Shown: positions 1-10,260 of the stretch, one piece after another
How positions within the stretch are numbered: position 1 is the stretch's first letter
Layout: each line of letters opens with the position of its first letter
NCBI GenBank assembly: GCA_019058295.1
Contig: JAHPZI010000001.1
Span: 32,001-96,000 of the forward strand
Direction: 5' to 3'
DNA: 64,000 bases
Source of the DNA: Promethearchaeota archaeon
Lineage (GTDB): Archaea; Asgardarchaeota; Lokiarchaeia; Sigyniarchaeales; SOKP01
The notes under the pieces: model-generated
Seen by the model: the letters and a program-made list of their open reading frames with translations, nothing else
Told to the model about the DNA's origin: nothing
The model's database searches: none
Translations under genes and position numbers: made by a program

Positions 1-573
1 GCCATATGAGCCAGGAACAGAATGATCCACGTGAATAGGTATAATCTCTAAGCCTTTAATATCAATGATATTGCCAGTTCTAAAAAGTTTCCATTTTAAA
101 CCCGTATAAAAATTGTCCATTCGGAATCCCCTTGTGTCATAATGAGACAGTATTATTTTTTTAGTAGTTACACCGGTATAAATCGGGATATTACGATTTA
201 GTAACGTTATACCATAGTAATGATCTCTATGAGCATGAGAGATTAACAATCCATGGATTTTAGTTGGAGGATCAGTTTTATTTTTACACTCACCTACTTT
301 TTGCCCATGTCTCTGCTTTTTATGATTAAAGATATAATATTTTGAATAGAGATTTCTTAGTACTTCTCCTTTAGGGCGAGGAATCAATTTAGCTTTGAAA
401 AGGCTTTCTATATTCGAAGGAGCATCATAATTAAAAGATGGGTTGTATCGTTCAAAATTTATTCCAAAATCAATTAGTAAATTTACATCAAATCCTAAAT
501 CTTCTAAAAGAACACAATTTCCTCCGATCTCGTTGATTCCCCCCAATAAAGTTATTTTTAGTGTAGATTTCAT
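1..573 (-). CDS. MBL-fold metallo-hydrolase, RNase J-like (3' end runs off the window)
   Basis: Not in the ORF track. Hand translation from ATG at 573 gives MKSTLKITLLGGINEIGGNCVLLED...LIDFG...LISHAHRDHY...VDHSVPGSYG, with GGxxEIGGN, HxHxDH and DHS motifs. Confidence 0.8.
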   Translation of the reverse strand, partial: MKSTLKITLLGGINEIGGNCVLLEDLGFDVNLLIDFGINFERYNPSFNYDAPSNIESLFKAKLIPRPKGEVLRNLYSKYYIFNHKKQRHGQKVGECKNKTDPPTKIHGLLISHAHRDHYYGITLLNRNIPIYTGVTTKKIILSHYDTRGFRMDNFYTGLKWKLFRTGNIIDIKGLEIIPIHVDHSVPGSYG

Positions 574-738
574 TTTAAAATCTCCCTATCTCAATAAAAT
601 CTTAAAATAAATAATTAAAAATATTTTATATCAGACATATAGGTCAAAATTTTTTTTATAATATAATAGTCTGAATAGTTCTTAATAAAATTTTTATATC
701 ACAATTAAGAGGAGTCCTGAAAGTTATCCTTCAATATA

Positions 739-781
739 AATTTGGGAACTAAAAAAGCAGAAGAATGGAGGAATGCCTTGA
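739..781 (+). repeat. Left copy of 43-bp imperfect direct repeat (remnant of methyltransferase 5' end)
   Basis: aatttgggaactaaaaaagcagaagaatggaggaatgccttga matches 13337-13379 at 38/43 nt, with a 19-nt exact core aaaaaagcagaagaatgga. Confidence 0.85.
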
Positions 782-783
782 TA

Positions 784-3700
784 TTAGTTAACAATAGGTT
801 GAATTTTATCAAAAATTACGAGTGTTTTATTTAAGGATTTGAAGATCTCAGTAATGTTTTCCATAAATGCTTTATTATCTATGATTGGTCCATGACTTCC
901 AGGATTTCGGATTGGTGATGATAAAAAAGTAAAATATTGAATTTCTTCTATATCGGGCTTAGAAATTATTGATAATAATAATTTTTTTAATCTAAGAATA
1001 AAAGGATCTTGTTTTGGGTTTAAAATATCCTTTAATAAATAATTTATACTCCCCAAAGTCATATAATCTCCCTTCCATATTTCTTTAATTCCCCTTGGTA
1101 ATCTAATCCACTCATTCTTAGGAATCCTCGAATTTGGTGGATAAATCTTATATAATTCATCAAGAAAGTAAAGTGAAATTTTGGAGTGAAAAAGAGAAGC
1201 AAATCCATTAGTCAATTCTAAGAATATGATCCCTGTATTATCATTTAAACTATTAAAATTTTTAAGGTTTTTAATTAAATCATTAGCTAATATGAAATGT
1301 TTCAATGCATCTTTATCATGAACAATATTTAGATTTATTATCCCACTTATTTGGATATCCATAAAATCTCGTTTAGCTTTCATATATAAAGCAATTTCCA
1401 TATCTATATCTTTAAAGTATTTATAAGCTTCGTCATATATTTCTTGAGCTCTAATAAAATTTAACTTCAGTTCATACATTCTTGCTAAATTAGTTCTAAA
1501 AATTGAATTATTAGGGCTAAGAGAAATTGCTTGTTCAAATATAGGAATTGCTTTTTCAATCTCTTGAATATCACCATATATAGTTCCTATATTATTTAAT
1601 ATAGACCCTTTAAACTCTATTTTTTTTGTAATCCTAAATGCTTTATAAAAATATTTTATAGCGTCTCTAAAATATCCTAGATCAGCAATGGCTAAACCTA
1701 TATCACAATAAATCTTGGATTTCTTCTCATTATGTAATTCATTTATTTTTAAATCTTTAAAAAGATCATTAATCCTACGATTAAATTCCTCACCTTCAAA
1801 CCATATTCTTAAATTTTGAAAACATGACTTGATTATTGAATTAATTTTAAGATAACCTCCATTAGATTCCTCTTCATAAATTCTAAGAAGATTTGAACAT
1901 GCATCAGAGATTTTTCCTAAAATTAAATTGATAAGGACTAAATAATTACAATAATACAAATCATTTGGTCTAAAAAATAATGCATTCTTAAGATATTTAG
2001 AAGCTGATTTATAATCTTGATTATAAAAATATGGAAATGCAATAATCTCCATTGTGAGTCCTAGAAATTTTCTATCAATTGTCCATTCTGTAGAAAACTC
2101 GATTGTTTTTGATATTTCAATAGCTTTTTCAAAACTTGCCATTAATTGGATAAATAATATTTGATTTCCTTTTCTTTTTAAAAAATAGAAAAATTCCTTT
2201 TCTAGATAATCATCAATGCTCTGAAAATTATTTAAGATAAATTTTCTAATATCAAAATAAAATAAATAACTTTCATACAATGAAGGAATTAAAGGTTCTC
2301 TTTCAAAAACTTCAAGTGTCTCAAACTCAAACAAAGTTTTCTTAATTCTTCTTTCTTCATCATAATCTTCAGAAAATAACGAGTTGAGAGGCATCAAATA
2401 ATGTAATACTTCAAAAGGATTAATTAATTTATTCTTGAATAATTCGTCTCTGTTAAAATTTAATTTATTGATAGTCTCTTTTTCTTGTTGAAAATTTTTA
2501 TTAAACCTATAAATAATGCTCTTAATTACTTCTAATTTAACTTTAAAATATATGTTCTCTTCAGTCTCAACTAGTAAATTGAAAATTTCTATCGTAAAAT
2601 CAACATTTTCATTATCTCGCATTTTAGAACTAATTTCTCCAAATAAAAATAATAATTCTATTAAAATTCGATTCTGATGATTAAGCATAGATTTTAATTC
2701 TTCTTTTTTTTCTTTTAATTTAATTTTTAGATTTTGTAGAAAAGGATATTTAAGAATTAATATTTCTAATGCATTTGCGTAATCCTCAATGTTTATATAA
2801 GTTTTGCATAAATATTTGATTAAAATGAGATTATTGATGTTCTCATCACTATAGTTTGGAACTTCAACAAATATTTCGTTGTTTGATTCTTTTATTAACT
2901 TTTCAATTAAACCTTTAATTTCAGACAATAAGTCATATTTATGCCAGATGGGAAGATCTGATATAAAATCCTTTTTCTCATATAAGTTAGGATTAGAATT
3001 TAAGAATTCACATAGAGGCTCAACACCATAAAATTTATTTAAATAATCGATTTTATCTTGAACATTTAGAAAATTAAAATAGATGTAAGCAGCAATATTC
3101 ATAATTTTGCTTCTGATAAAGCTAATATCTATAAATGTTAATTTTTCTTTAATTAAATCTTGAAAATGTTCTAAATACTCTGAAATCTTCGAATGCAAAT
3201 GAGGATATTTTAAGTTATCTACAGTAAACTGTAAATCGTCACATAATGTAATATTTTTCCTCTCAGCTTCAATATAATCTAAAAAATATGGTTTTATATT
3301 CTTTATTACTTCTCTTGTTGCATTTAACAGATAATATTGAGCCTTTCGATTTTCTTTATAGGGGGAGGACCCCCAGAAAAGGAAATATCCTTGATTATAC
3401 CCAGATATAAATTCAAGAAGCATTGATTCTACAGCAACAGCTTCTTGAATTTTACCTTGCTCCATGAATTTCCTCCATATACGATAAACCCAAATGTTTT
3501 TTTGCTCACTTTCTCTAAAAACTGTATTAAAAAAGTAGTTTAATCGTCTCTCATTGATCAAATTAAATTTAATTTCACTTAAGTATAGATCATAATCCTC
3601 TCTTTGTTTAGACTTGATCTCCGAAAATTTAGTGAAAATTACCTTATCTTCAAAAAATTTTAAAATTTCTCTAGTTATTTTTCTCAGATATTCTGATTTT

Positions 3701-4104
3701 TCATTTAGTTCCTTATAAATAGTTAATCTAAAACCAGGATCTAATCGAAATTTCTTTAGAAAAAGATTTTTTAATAAGAAATCTATTGCTATATGATTAT
3801 AATCTACATTTTTTTGGTTTTCTATTTCCTTAATATATTCAATCCTCTGTTTTAAAACAAACCTCTCTAATAAAAAGAATTTATCTTTTATACTAAAAGG
3901 GCTCGCTTTATTATCTTCCAAAAACGGATCAAGAAGTTTATGTGATAATTTTGAGATCGATGGAGACTTCTTCTTCTTTCTTGCCTTCTTATGTGTATTC
4001 TGCTCTTTATTGAATTTCTGGGATTCATGTGAACCCAAATTATGTTTTTGAAATTTATAACCTCTGCTTTTGGTAGGTATTTTAATTTTTTCTTTTTTTG
4101 CCAT
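784..4104 (-). CDS. Large TPR protein with C-terminal HEPN-like domain
   Basis: TPR motifs (GLAIADLGYFRDAIKYFYKAF, LNNIGTIYGDIQEIEKAIPIFEQAISLSPNN); C-terminus MTLGSINYLL...IRNPGSH (RxxxxH). Confidence 0.7.
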   Translation of the reverse strand: MAKKEKIKIPTKSRGYKFQKHNLGSHESQKFNKEQNTHKKARKKKKSPSISKLSHKLLDPFLEDNKASPFSIKDKFFLLERFVLKQRIEYIKEIENQKNVDYNHIAIDFLLKNLFLKKFRLDPGFRLTIYKELNEKSEYLRKITREILKFFEDKVIFTKFSEIKSKQREDYDLYLSEIKFNLINERRLNYFFNTVFRESEQKNIWVYRIWRKFMEQGKIQEAVAVESMLLEFISGYNQGYFLFWGSSPYKENRKAQYYLLNATREVIKNIKPYFLDYIEAERKNITLCDDLQFTVDNLKYPHLHSKISEYLEHFQDLIKEKLTFIDISFIRSKIMNIAAYIYFNFLNVQDKIDYLNKFYGVEPLCEFLNSNPNLYEKKDFISDLPIWHKYDLLSEIKGLIEKLIKESNNEIFVEVPNYSDENINNLILIKYLCKTYINIEDYANALEILILKYPFLQNLKIKLKEKKEELKSMLNHQNRILIELLFLFGEISSKMRDNENVDFTIEIFNLLVETEENIYFKVKLEVIKSIIYRFNKNFQQEKETINKLNFNRDELFKNKLINPFEVLHYLMPLNSLFSEDYDEERRIKKTLFEFETLEVFEREPLIPSLYESYLFYFDIRKFILNNFQSIDDYLEKEFFYFLKRKGNQILFIQLMASFEKAIEISKTIEFSTEWTIDRKFLGLTMEIIAFPYFYNQDYKSASKYLKNALFFRPNDLYYCNYLVLINLILGKISDACSNLLRIYEEESNGGYLKINSIIKSCFQNLRIWFEGEEFNRRINDLFKDLKINELHNEKKSKIYCDIGLAIADLGYFRDAIKYFYKAFRITKKIEFKGSILNNIGTIYGDIQEIEKAIPIFEQAISLSPNNSIFRTNLARMYELKLNFIRAQEIYDEAYKYFKDIDMEIALYMKAKRDFMDIQISGIINLNIVHDKDALKHFILANDLIKNLKNFNSLNDNTGIIFLELTNGFASLFHSKISLYFLDELYKIYPPNSRIPKNEWIRLPRGIKEIWKGDYMTLGSINYLLKDILNPKQDPFILRLKKLLLSIISKPDIEEIQYFTFLSSPIRNPGSHGPIIDNKAFMENITEIFKSLNKTLVIFDKIQPIVN

Positions 4105-4162
4105 TATATATTATTTCTTTTTTTCTTTGATAAATTCTTTTAATTCCATATTTATTTCACTT

Positions 4163-4684
4163 TTATTTATCTAGTTTTAACATCGTTTTTAGCAAATTCT
4201 CATTCGACTTAATATCGTCTAAGCCTTCCATAAATACTTCAGCAAATCTGAATTTATTCGAGATCCAAAACTTTGAGCATATATCTTGTTTAATATTATC
4301 TTCAATATATAAAATGTGTTCATTTATATCTATATTAAAAGGATTACCATAATCAAACGCCTTTTTTTCAATCCTCTCTCTTAGGGTTGATAATAATTTA
4401 GTTTTACAGAGAAAAATCAAAACAGAATCCCCTGTTAGTTCTAAAGCTCTTTTTATAGCAAATTTATGACATCCGGCACCTGTAAATTCCAATATAACGT
4501 TATTATTATCCTCAATATTTTTAAGAAATTCTTGAAGACAAAAATACTCTTCAGAAATCTTTTCTTTAAGATATTTTCTACGAATTTCATCAATTTGAAT
4601 GAATTTAAATCCAGTAAGCTCTTGAATTATCTTACCTAAAGTGGTTTTCCCACTCCCAATATTCCCGATAATTAAAATTCTCAT
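4163..4684 (-). CDS. P-loop nucleotide/shikimate kinase-like protein
   Basis: N-terminal ILIIGNIGSGKTT Walker A followed by IQIDEIRR; size and layout of the NMP-kinase fold. Confidence 0.75.
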   Translation of the reverse strand: MRILIIGNIGSGKTTLGKIIQELTGFKFIQIDEIRRKYLKEKISEEYFCLQEFLKNIEDNNNVILEFTGAGCHKFAIKRALELTGDSVLIFLCKTKLLSTLRERIEKKAFDYGNPFNIDINEHILYIEDNIKQDICSKFWISNKFRFAEVFMEGLDDIKSNENLLKTMLKLDK

Positions 4685-6168
4685 TTATTAAACACCAAAA
4701 CCTTCTTTATATTTTGAATTGCCTTTTCTGAAACATTGCATTGATTTCTCAAAAATTCTTCAGTTCCTATATATTCATTATCTATTATTTCAAAGATAAA
4801 TTCAATATATTTTCTATTAGTATCACTATAAGATAATAGATAATCTTGTAGTATTAATTCACGGTCTACACCAAGAAGGTCCAATAATAATGCAATTATA
4901 ACGCCTGTACGATCTTTTCCACCCTCGCAATGAATAATTAATCTATTCTTAGAAGCATTACTAAAGTATTTTTCAAAAATTAATCCTAATTCATCTCTAA
5001 AATCTTTCAAAAAAGCATAGTAAAAATTTTCATAAGGTTTATCAGGAATATAAGTGTTAACTTCTATCTTAAATGGAATATTAATTACATAATTCTCTTT
5101 TAACTCATCATCATAAAAATTATTGTATTTAATATAATTCTCAAGTTCATCCTTGCAGCGAATATCCAATATGTGTTTAATTTTCTTTTCCTTTAGAAAT
5201 TCCAATATCATTCCACTATTATTTTTAGATAATGAGGCACTTCTAAATATTAAACCTTCTTTAATTTTTATTTCATCTGAAAAATTGTTCGGGATTAAAG
5301 CAATATCTCTTAAATTTTTAAAAAGGAGATATTTTTCATCAACTTTTTTAAAGAAATTTTGAATATCCGAGAAGATGGCTTTTCCTAAATTAAATTTATC
5401 CATTCCTTTCTTTAAAACACCTAAAAACAAATTTTTTAAATTGTCTCTCTGATCAATCATATCATATTTTCTTAATCCTGCGGAGGCTCTGTAATATTTA
5501 TTTCGCAAATCCCAGTTATCAATAATATCTGTAGTAAATCGACTTGGTTGGTACAAATTATAATGTTTATCCTCTACCATAGCTTTTAATTCTGCTAGTT
5601 TGTAAAAAGAAAGGGAATAATTCATGTAAGCTCGATATTCATCATCTTTAGCAAGATTAGCAAGACACCTTTCAAAATAGTAAATAAATTTATAGATTTT
5701 TTCCTTAAACAGGGCTTTTAATCTATTAATATCGCTAAGATCAATCCAGTTTTCTAGATATATCTGTTTTACTCTGTTATTTTTATCATATCCAATTGCT
5801 TCTATAGGATTTGTTATCATGGATTCTGCTATATAAATGATATCTTCTTTTGCTTCTTCGATCTTCTTAATTCCTATTTCTATTTTAATAAATGTTTTTT
5901 CTGTGAATATTATCCATTTATTATATATTTCAAACTGATTTGAAATTCCCTCATCATCATTATTTAATATTTCAATTACAATTTGCTTAATTTCTTTTTC
6001 TATATTCTCATTAGAGAACTCGTTCAGATAGATGAAGAGATCGAGGTCTGAATAGTAATCATGAGATTTTCGAGCAAAACCCCCATATAATACAATTCCT
6101 TCTATAAATTCCAAACTTTTTATTCCTTCTTCGATCTTATACGCAATTCTATCAATAATCGGGTTCAC
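4681..6168 (-). CDS. Fusion of Pol-beta-type nucleotidyltransferase, helical domain and PTP-like Cys phosphatase
   Basis: LYGGFARKSHDYYSDLDL (NTase DxD); NLRDI...IFRSA...ILDIR and HCEGGKDRTG (CX5R). Confidence 0.8.
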   Translation of the reverse strand: MNPIIDRIAYKIEEGIKSLEFIEGIVLYGGFARKSHDYYSDLDLFIYLNEFSNENIEKEIKQIVIEILNNDDEGISNQFEIYNKWIIFTEKTFIKIEIGIKKIEEAKEDIIYIAESMITNPIEAIGYDKNNRVKQIYLENWIDLSDINRLKALFKEKIYKFIYYFERCLANLAKDDEYRAYMNYSLSFYKLAELKAMVEDKHYNLYQPSRFTTDIIDNWDLRNKYYRASAGLRKYDMIDQRDNLKNLFLGVLKKGMDKFNLGKAIFSDIQNFFKKVDEKYLLFKNLRDIALIPNNFSDEIKIKEGLIFRSASLSKNNSGMILEFLKEKKIKHILDIRCKDELENYIKYNNFYDDELKENYVINIPFKIEVNTYIPDKPYENFYYAFLKDFRDELGLIFEKYFSNASKNRLIIHCEGGKDRTGVIIALLLDLLGVDRELILQDYLLSYSDTNRKYIEFIFEIIDNEYIGTEEFLRNQCNVSEKAIQNIKKVLVFNK

Positions 6169-6169
6169 T

Positions 6170-7945
6170 TTACACGTTCCTCTCTAATTTTTCGTCTTTT
6201 ATTTTTTCAGCAATAATCAATGAGATTATTCCTTCATTTTTCTTTATGGTATTTATTTTAAATCCCGATTTTTGGAGTAGATCTTTGAATTCTCTATAAT
6301 TTCTTTCTTTACTTCCCACATTTACAAGTAAATTAAAATTCAATGAAACTCCAATATCAAAATTAGGATCTTCAGGAATAATCATTTCAAACAATAACAA
6401 TTTTCCATTTTGCTCTAAAGCACTATGGACTGTTTTCAAAATAGTGACTGCCTTTCCATCATCCCAATCATGGATTACTCTACTCATTATGATAATATCT
6501 GTTTTAAAGGGTATATTTCTAAAAAAATCTCCTGGGATATATTCAATTTTCTTTCTAATTGAATCTATATGAGCGAAATTCTTAACACTTTCAATTACCG
6601 ATGCTCTTTCAAACAAAATTCCTTTTTGAATATTTTGATTTTTAAGTAGTATCTTTTCTAATAGGTGCCCTATTCCTCCACCTATATCAGCAATTACTTT
6701 CGCATTGGTGAAATCATATAGATCGATAATTTTGTCATAATCTGAGGAGTACGCCTTCATCGATTTATTAAAAACTAACCCTTTATCTTCATATGTATCA
6801 AAATAATCAAATATTTCTTTTCCGAAAATTTCCTTAAATTGAGGTTTATTTGTCTTTAAAGCTTCTGTCAATTTACTCATTGCAAGATAATGTTCTTCTC
6901 CCCACATCTTAGCAGCATATTTAAGAGTTTCTGGATATTCTTCAGTAAGTAGATTTCCGAGATATTTTAATTTATATACACCATGAATCTCTTCGATAAA
7001 ATCCCAGATCTTTAACACTTGAATAATCAATTTTAATGATGAATAAGGGAGGTTTGTTGTTTCTAATAAATTTTTAAAATTATACTTATTATTTCTAATA
7101 TGATCTAAAATTTCCAATTCAACTATTGAATGAATAATTTGAGTTTTCCAATAGCCAACTAACATCTTCATTAATTTTTTTCTTAAGAACGATTGGATAT
7201 TATGTGAATTTTGATTATCAATCTTTTGAATGGTTTTTCCTTTTTCATCAATAATTAATTTTTCTCTATTGTGCTTACAAACAAGTGCAAATCCATTATA
7301 GAAAGGTTCAATCCATTTATATCGCTCTTGATAAAGTGCTTCTCCATTCTTATTTATATGAAAAGCCCCTCGATTATCTTTTGCAGTCGCAAAACCTTTA
7401 TGGAAAACTCCTAACTCAATAAATTTCTTTTCATGTAAAAAGTTGCCAAATTTATCAATATGTTGAGCAAATCCATCATATCCATAAACAACCGCAATAC
7501 CATATTTGTAATCCCCAACATATTTATATTTTTCATTATAAGCTAATGATCCATCTTTCTTAATATGAAAAAAATCACCACCTATATCTCTAACAGGACA
7601 CCTACCCTCTTGAAAATTACCTACCCATTCATATCTTTTTTCATACTTTGGTTTACCATTTAAACCAATGTGATACCATCCTGAATTATCAACAACAGCA
7701 GCGATTCCCTCATAGAATCCGAATGATTTGATGAATCTTTCTCCATATTGTGGATCCCCTTCAAAAGTGATGTGATATGCCCCAGTATTATCTATCACTG
7801 CGGCAACACCAGGAGGATGGAAACTCAAAACACAATCAAATGTTTTTTCATATAACGGCATTCCCTTATAGAGATGATGAGTCTCATCTTTTGAAATTTC
7901 TATTTTTTCTAAACTAATTTTTTCCTTCTCAGTTATACTACTCAT
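6170..7945 (-). CDS. WG-repeat (beta-propeller) / O-methyltransferase fusion
   Basis: About six repeats of type FxEGxAxVxDxxGxxHIxxxG; C-terminal dimerisation domain, IADIGGGIG, GDFF and SRVIHDWDD of the COMT-like family. Confidence 0.85.
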   Translation of the reverse strand: MSSITEKEKISLEKIEISKDETHHLYKGMPLYEKTFDCVLSFHPPGVAAVIDNTGAYHITFEGDPQYGERFIKSFGFYEGIAAVVDNSGWYHIGLNGKPKYEKRYEWVGNFQEGRCPVRDIGGDFFHIKKDGSLAYNEKYKYVGDYKYGIAVVYGYDGFAQHIDKFGNFLHEKKFIELGVFHKGFATAKDNRGAFHINKNGEALYQERYKWIEPFYNGFALVCKHNREKLIIDEKGKTIQKIDNQNSHNIQSFLRKKLMKMLVGYWKTQIIHSIVELEILDHIRNNKYNFKNLLETTNLPYSSLKLIIQVLKIWDFIEEIHGVYKLKYLGNLLTEEYPETLKYAAKMWGEEHYLAMSKLTEALKTNKPQFKEIFGKEIFDYFDTYEDKGLVFNKSMKAYSSDYDKIIDLYDFTNAKVIADIGGGIGHLLEKILLKNQNIQKGILFERASVIESVKNFAHIDSIRKKIEYIPGDFFRNIPFKTDIIIMSRVIHDWDDGKAVTILKTVHSALEQNGKLLLFEMIIPEDPNFDIGVSLNFNLLVNVGSKERNYREFKDLLQKSGFKINTIKKNEGIISLIIAEKIKDEKLERNV

Positions 7946-8987
7946 TTAAACACTCTCCAAGATTTTTTAATGGTCTTCTCATGTTGCATTGTTTACAAAC
8001 CTGATAAGTACCCCAATTGTTTATTAAATGTCTGTAGCTATCACTATTCCATAGTTCCATGAAATTCATTTCTTTTACATTACCAAAGTATCCCAGTGTC
8101 CTTCTTAAATAGTCTGGAGCACAACATACGTTAAAGGTTCCATCCCAGGCTATCCAAGCTTCCCTCCCTAAGAATGGACATATAAAATTTTCTGGAAATA
8201 TATTATTTTTAGAGTTATTTGAAATAGAATATATATTATCGAGTTTAATTTTTTTACCATTTTTTAAAATGGAAGTATCAGCGATTCTTTTCATTTTTTC
8301 AACGGTTTTATTCCATTTTTTTATAGATTCTTTGTCTTTCAATAATGATTGATTTTCTAATTCAGGATGAGTAATCCATAGATGATGCCCCTTAAAGCGA
8401 TCAATATTCAATTCTATTGCCAATTTAAGGAGTCCTAGTATCTCATCTAAATTCTTTTCCATAAATGTTGCCTGAAAAGTTATAGTTGGAAAATTTATCG
8501 CCTTCTGTCTAATATCGTCTCTAATATTAATAAATTTTTTAATATTAGAGATCTCTTTTTCAAAATTTATTCCTTCCATAATTTGTTCATTGATACATTT
8601 TGAGGCACCATTAATAGAAATTTTAATATCGCTAATAATTGGTAAAATTAATTTTCCCCATTTTTCAGCACCTAATCTTGGAAAAGTACCGTTTGTAGTT
8701 AAATTCATTTTAAGATTATAACTTTTTACTAGATTTATTAGATCTATAAATTTGTCATAAAGGAGTGGCTCGCCCATAGTACTGGGTATTATTTCCTTTA
8801 AGCCATAATTTACTAAATCTTGAACGACCTCTTTAATAGTTTTAAATTCCATTACTCTAAAATCCTTATGCTTATTAAAATTATATTTACTATGCTCCTC
8901 ACACATCATACAATGAAGATTACACTGATCAGGATTTGTATCGAATGTAATTCTCCAGGGTACCTTTAATTTTTCTTTAATGAACAA
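7938..8987 (-). CDS. Radical SAM protein with SPASM/twitch domain
   Basis: CNLHCMMC (CX3CX2C), MGEPLL, TTNGT; C-terminal CP...DGTFNVCC...GNV...WNS...CKQC. Confidence 0.9.
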   Translation of the reverse strand: MFIKEKLKVPWRITFDTNPDQCNLHCMMCEEHSKYNFNKHKDFRVMEFKTIKEVVQDLVNYGLKEIIPSTMGEPLLYDKFIDLINLVKSYNLKMNLTTNGTFPRLGAEKWGKLILPIISDIKISINGASKCINEQIMEGINFEKEISNIKKFINIRDDIRQKAINFPTITFQATFMEKNLDEILGLLKLAIELNIDRFKGHHLWITHPELENQSLLKDKESIKKWNKTVEKMKRIADTSILKNGKKIKLDNIYSISNNSKNNIFPENFICPFLGREAWIAWDGTFNVCCAPDYLRRTLGYFGNVKEMNFMELWNSDSYRHLINNWGTYQVCKQCNMRRPLKNLGECLNE

Positions 8988-10254
8988 CGAATCGAACCTC
9001 CTCTCTTTTTAGAAGTTTATAATATAATTCCTCGATTTCTTTGACATCTTCTTGAATTGAGCGCACATAAGTTTTTTGTGAATATATATCAATGAGTTCT
9101 GCATTTTCAATGAAAATATTCATCTTTTCTATTAAATCTTCTACATTCCCGGGCTCAAATAATAACCCATTCTTTTTATGTGAAACTAGTTCTGCCATCC
9201 CTCCTAAGTTGCTCGTAATTACTGGAATCTTAGCTAAAAAGGCTTCATGAATTACTAAAGGTGAATTTTCATACCAAATTGACGGAACTACTAAAATATC
9301 AATATTAGATAGAATTTTTGAAATTTCTTTATAATGATAACCACCCATAAAATGAATCGCGTTATTTTTACACCGATTTTTAAGATAAATTGATGAGCTT
9401 GGCATTTTCCCATAAATATTAAGCTCTGATTTAGAATGATCAACATTATTGAAGGCTTCAATTAATTGAGCAAGTCCTTTAACAGGAATAATTCTCCCTA
9501 AAAATCCGAACCGAATTTTTCCATTGGGTTGTTTTTTTACTCCATTAATTATTTGTTTATCAAAACCGTAATCCATATAGATAATTTTATCTTCTGGAAT
9601 TCCGTAATTAATATATGTATTGCGAAGGAATCTGGAAGGAGCGATAAATAAATCGATCTGGTTATTTATTTTAGAAAATGAAGTTAACCATCTCTTAATC
9701 TCAAGTTTTGCTTGTAACTCTGATGTGAAGTATTTCATATTACAATTTATACATTTTTCGAAGCTTGGTCCTGAACAGAGTGAATAATCATCTTGAATTA
9801 ACTGGCCTCTAATGCAGAGCATCCAAAAATCATGAAGCGTGAAAATAATGGGAATCCCATTTTTTTTTATGATTTTTATGATTTGAATAGTAAGATGGCT
9901 TAAATGGTCTATATGAACAATATCGGGGCTAATTTCCTTCAATTTTTCTCTAAATACATCTGCCATTTTAAAATCGATATATTTACTACGAAAAGTATAA
10001 ACTCTTCCAGGTTTATTAACCCGAATTATCGTTAAACCATCTTCAATCGTCTCAGTTATTTCATAAGGTTTTTGATATTCATCTTCTATACGAGTAAAAA
10101 TAATAACATTATGCTTTTTTGCAAGCTCACGGCATTTGTTCCAAGCATAAACTTCAGAACCTGCCATATAATAAGGGGGGAATCCGTGAATGATAATTAA
10201 GATTTTTAATCTTTTTTTCTTATTATTTATCTTTTGGTAGTTTTTATAATTCAA
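8977..10254 (-). CDS. Glycosyltransferase family 4 (GT-B)
   Basis: HGFPPYYMAGSE, TLHDFW, GRIIPVKG, VVPSIWYENSPLVIHEA. Confidence 0.9.
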   Translation of the reverse strand: MNYKNYQKINNKKKRLKILIIIHGFPPYYMAGSEVYAWNKCRELAKKHNVIIFTRIEDEYQKPYEITETIEDGLTIIRVNKPGRVYTFRSKYIDFKMADVFREKLKEISPDIVHIDHLSHLTIQIIKIIKKNGIPIIFTLHDFWMLCIRGQLIQDDYSLCSGPSFEKCINCNMKYFTSELQAKLEIKRWLTSFSKINNQIDLFIAPSRFLRNTYINYGIPEDKIIYMDYGFDKQIINGVKKQPNGKIRFGFLGRIIPVKGLAQLIEAFNNVDHSKSELNIYGKMPSSSIYLKNRCKNNAIHFMGGYHYKEISKILSNIDILVVPSIWYENSPLVIHEAFLAKIPVITSNLGGMAELVSHKKNGLLFEPGNVEDLIEKMNIFIENAELIDIYSQKTYVRSIQEDVKEIEELYYKLLKREEVRFVVH

Positions 10255-10260
10255 TTCTTA

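Noticed and set aside
7938-8987. Radical SAM as a viperin
   Set aside because: It has a SPASM/twitch extension and lacks recognisable viperin motifs; only the gene-context analogy is retained.
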